Shown here: piece by piece, positions 62,969-64,000 of the stretch
Numbering within the stretch: the first letter of the stretch is position 1
Layout: each line of letters opens with the position of its first letter
NCBI GenBank assembly: GCA_036476995.1
Contig: JAZGCO010000068.1
Span: 183 to 64,182, forward strand
Length of the DNA stretch: 64,000 bases
Direction: 5' to 3'
DNA from: Gemmatimonadota bacterium
GTDB taxonomy: Bacteria; Gemmatimonadota; Gemmatimonadetes; Palauibacterales; Palauibacteraceae
Position numbers and translations under genes: made by a program
Notes under the pieces: model-generated
Database searches by the model: none
Seen by the model: the letters and a program-made list of their open reading frames with translations, nothing else
What the model was told of the DNA's origin: nothing

Positions 62969-63609
62969 CTCGAGGCGACGATCAGTGATAGCTGACTGTT
63001 GAAGCCTCCGAATCCGTCCGCGACCCTCGGGGCGGCCGGATCGGTGACCCAGGTATCCTCATCTACACGGAATGCGTAGTTGTGGACGCCGGGGGGAAGA
63101 GCGACGAGGGCTGTCCAAAGGCCACTCGGGAGTCTTTGTAGGGACACACCGGAATCCCAGCCCGTGAAGGAGCCGACCAGCCGAACACTCTGCGCCTCGG
63201 GGGCCATGATCCCGAACCGGACGAACACCTGCGGCTCCGAGTCCGTCACAGCCAGAGACGACTCTGGAGATCCGGCGCTCAACTGCCACGCCACGGCGAA
63301 CAGCAGGAGCGCTACCGCGACGACATAGACCGGGCGTACCGCAACCGAGAAACGCTTGGGGACCGCGAACCACCGAACGACCCCCGCCAGGCCGTGAAGG
63401 TCGGCGCCTGATTCTGCGGCCTTGGGTCCCGGAAGATCAGAGATCCGGTTCATGACGGCGGACTCGAGCTGGGCGGCGGAAAACTCTCCGGCTTCCTGCC
63501 GAAGGGTTTCGATGTGGCCCTGCAACCGCCGCGCTATTCGCAGCTCCTCAGATGTAAGATCTGAGGCCTGCAGCTCGCCATTAAAGTAGGCGTGGATTCG
63601 TGCGTTCAC
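62965..63609 (-). CDS. anti-sigma-factor-like single-pass membrane protein with periplasmic CBM48-like domain
   Basis: N-terminus IHAYFNGELQASDLTSEELRIARRLQGH resembles the anti-sigma N-domain but without the Zn-binding Cys. TM segment VRPVYVVAVALLLFAVAW. C-terminus VRLVGSFTGWDSGVSLQRLPSGLWTALVALPPGVHNYAFRVDEDTWVTDP is an E-set/CBM48-like fold. GTG start. Confidence 0.5.
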   Translation of the reverse strand: MNARIHAYFNGELQASDLTSEELRIARRLQGHIETLRQEAGEFSAAQLESAVMNRISDLPGPKAAESGADLHGLAGVVRWFAVPKRFSVAVRPVYVVAVALLLFAVAWQLSAGSPESSLAVTDSEPQVFVRFGIMAPEAQSVRLVGSFTGWDSGVSLQRLPSGLWTALVALPPGVHNYAFRVDEDTWVTDPAAPRVADGFGGFNSQLSLIVASS

Positions 63610-64000
63610 TGGATTCTCTCACGAGTTGAGCGGCTCCCCTCCGAAGCGCCGATTGGATGCCCCTCATTTTAGCCTGTGCCTGTCAGACGTGATAGCCGGG
63701 TGGGTCGTCACATGGCTGATCAGGCGCCGGCGCGACGGCGCCGAAGATCTTGGACTCGTTTGTCATCGGAGCGGGCCCGTGTCGCAGTAGTATATATTCA
63801 GGCCGAACGGGCTGTGCTGGGCAAGGTCCCTCGCAATCCGACTCCATCCGCCGGGGTGGCGAAAAGGCAGACGCGAGGGACTTAAAATCGCGCTCCGTGC
63901 GGGCTCAGAAAAAGCAAAGTGCGGGCGGAAGCGAGGCTTTTAGGTCTTTACCCCTGCAACCTGCTCAACACTGTATCTTCCGAATCTGCATCCTGCAGAG

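Noticed and set aside
63676-63885. 69-aa plus-strand ORF near the window end
   Set aside because: It is Arg-rich, has no RBS and lies in a probable promoter/leader region, so it is likely non-coding.

Overview
This is a high-GC (about 65-70 %) bacterial chromosomal segment that is densely coding, with about 56 genes and pervasive 4-nt start/stop overlaps (ATGA/GTGA). I found no rRNA, tRNA, CRISPR array or mobile element. The content is largely core metabolism and housekeeping.

Gene content:
1. Positions 1-14243 form one long minus-strand block of purine metabolism and flanking genes. In genome order it reads adenosine deaminase (partial), lipoprotein 5'-nucleotidase, ppdK, purF-purL-purQ-purS-purC-purB, htrA and truA.
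2. lexA is transcribed divergently from a large secreted S8 subtilase with a T9SS/FlgD-Ig-like C-terminal domain.
3. An NFACT/RqcH-like protein, panBC, a YqeK-like HD hydrolase, rlmN and aspS follow.
4. The phoH-pgpH(7TM-HD)-ybeY-DUF502-mgtE module comes next.
5. A 2.6 kb lipoprotein carries Ig-like/TIG repeats and an M1-like HExxH-X17-E zinc-protease motif.
6. A methylmalonyl-CoA cluster follows: meaB, a split mutase, a carboxyltransferase, AtuA-like, DUF4387 and crotonase.
7. A short RecQ is flanked by a membrane protein and an NHL-type propeller.
8. Then acyl-CoA dehydrogenase, rng and rplU-rpmA.
9. A minus-strand beta-oxidation operon carries three crotonases, thiolase, ALDH, hbd and a GNAT.
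10. The nfeD-floA module, SURF1 and a flavin reductase-like gene follow.
11. The window ends with an ECF sigma operon.

Most unusual observations:
1. Ribosomal protein L21 carries a C-terminal Ala/Lys/Pro linker plus a peripheral-subunit-binding domain of the kind found in 2-oxoacid dehydrogenase E2 proteins.
2. The ECF sigma gene is sandwiched between an anti-sigma-like protein and a periplasmic protein that both end in AMPK-beta/CBM48-type glycogen-binding domains.
3. Direct repeats (CCGAACAA-N7-CCGAACAA) lie in the lexA/subtilase divergent promoter.
4. ybeY and purS lack a canonical in-frame start codon at the expected position.
5. Short AT-rich rare-codon patches are embedded in otherwise GC-rich genes (purF, the DUF4387 gene, nfeD).

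I did not recognise a defined defence or mobile system. The candidates for novelty are domain fusions and regulatory architecture rather than a new multi-gene island.
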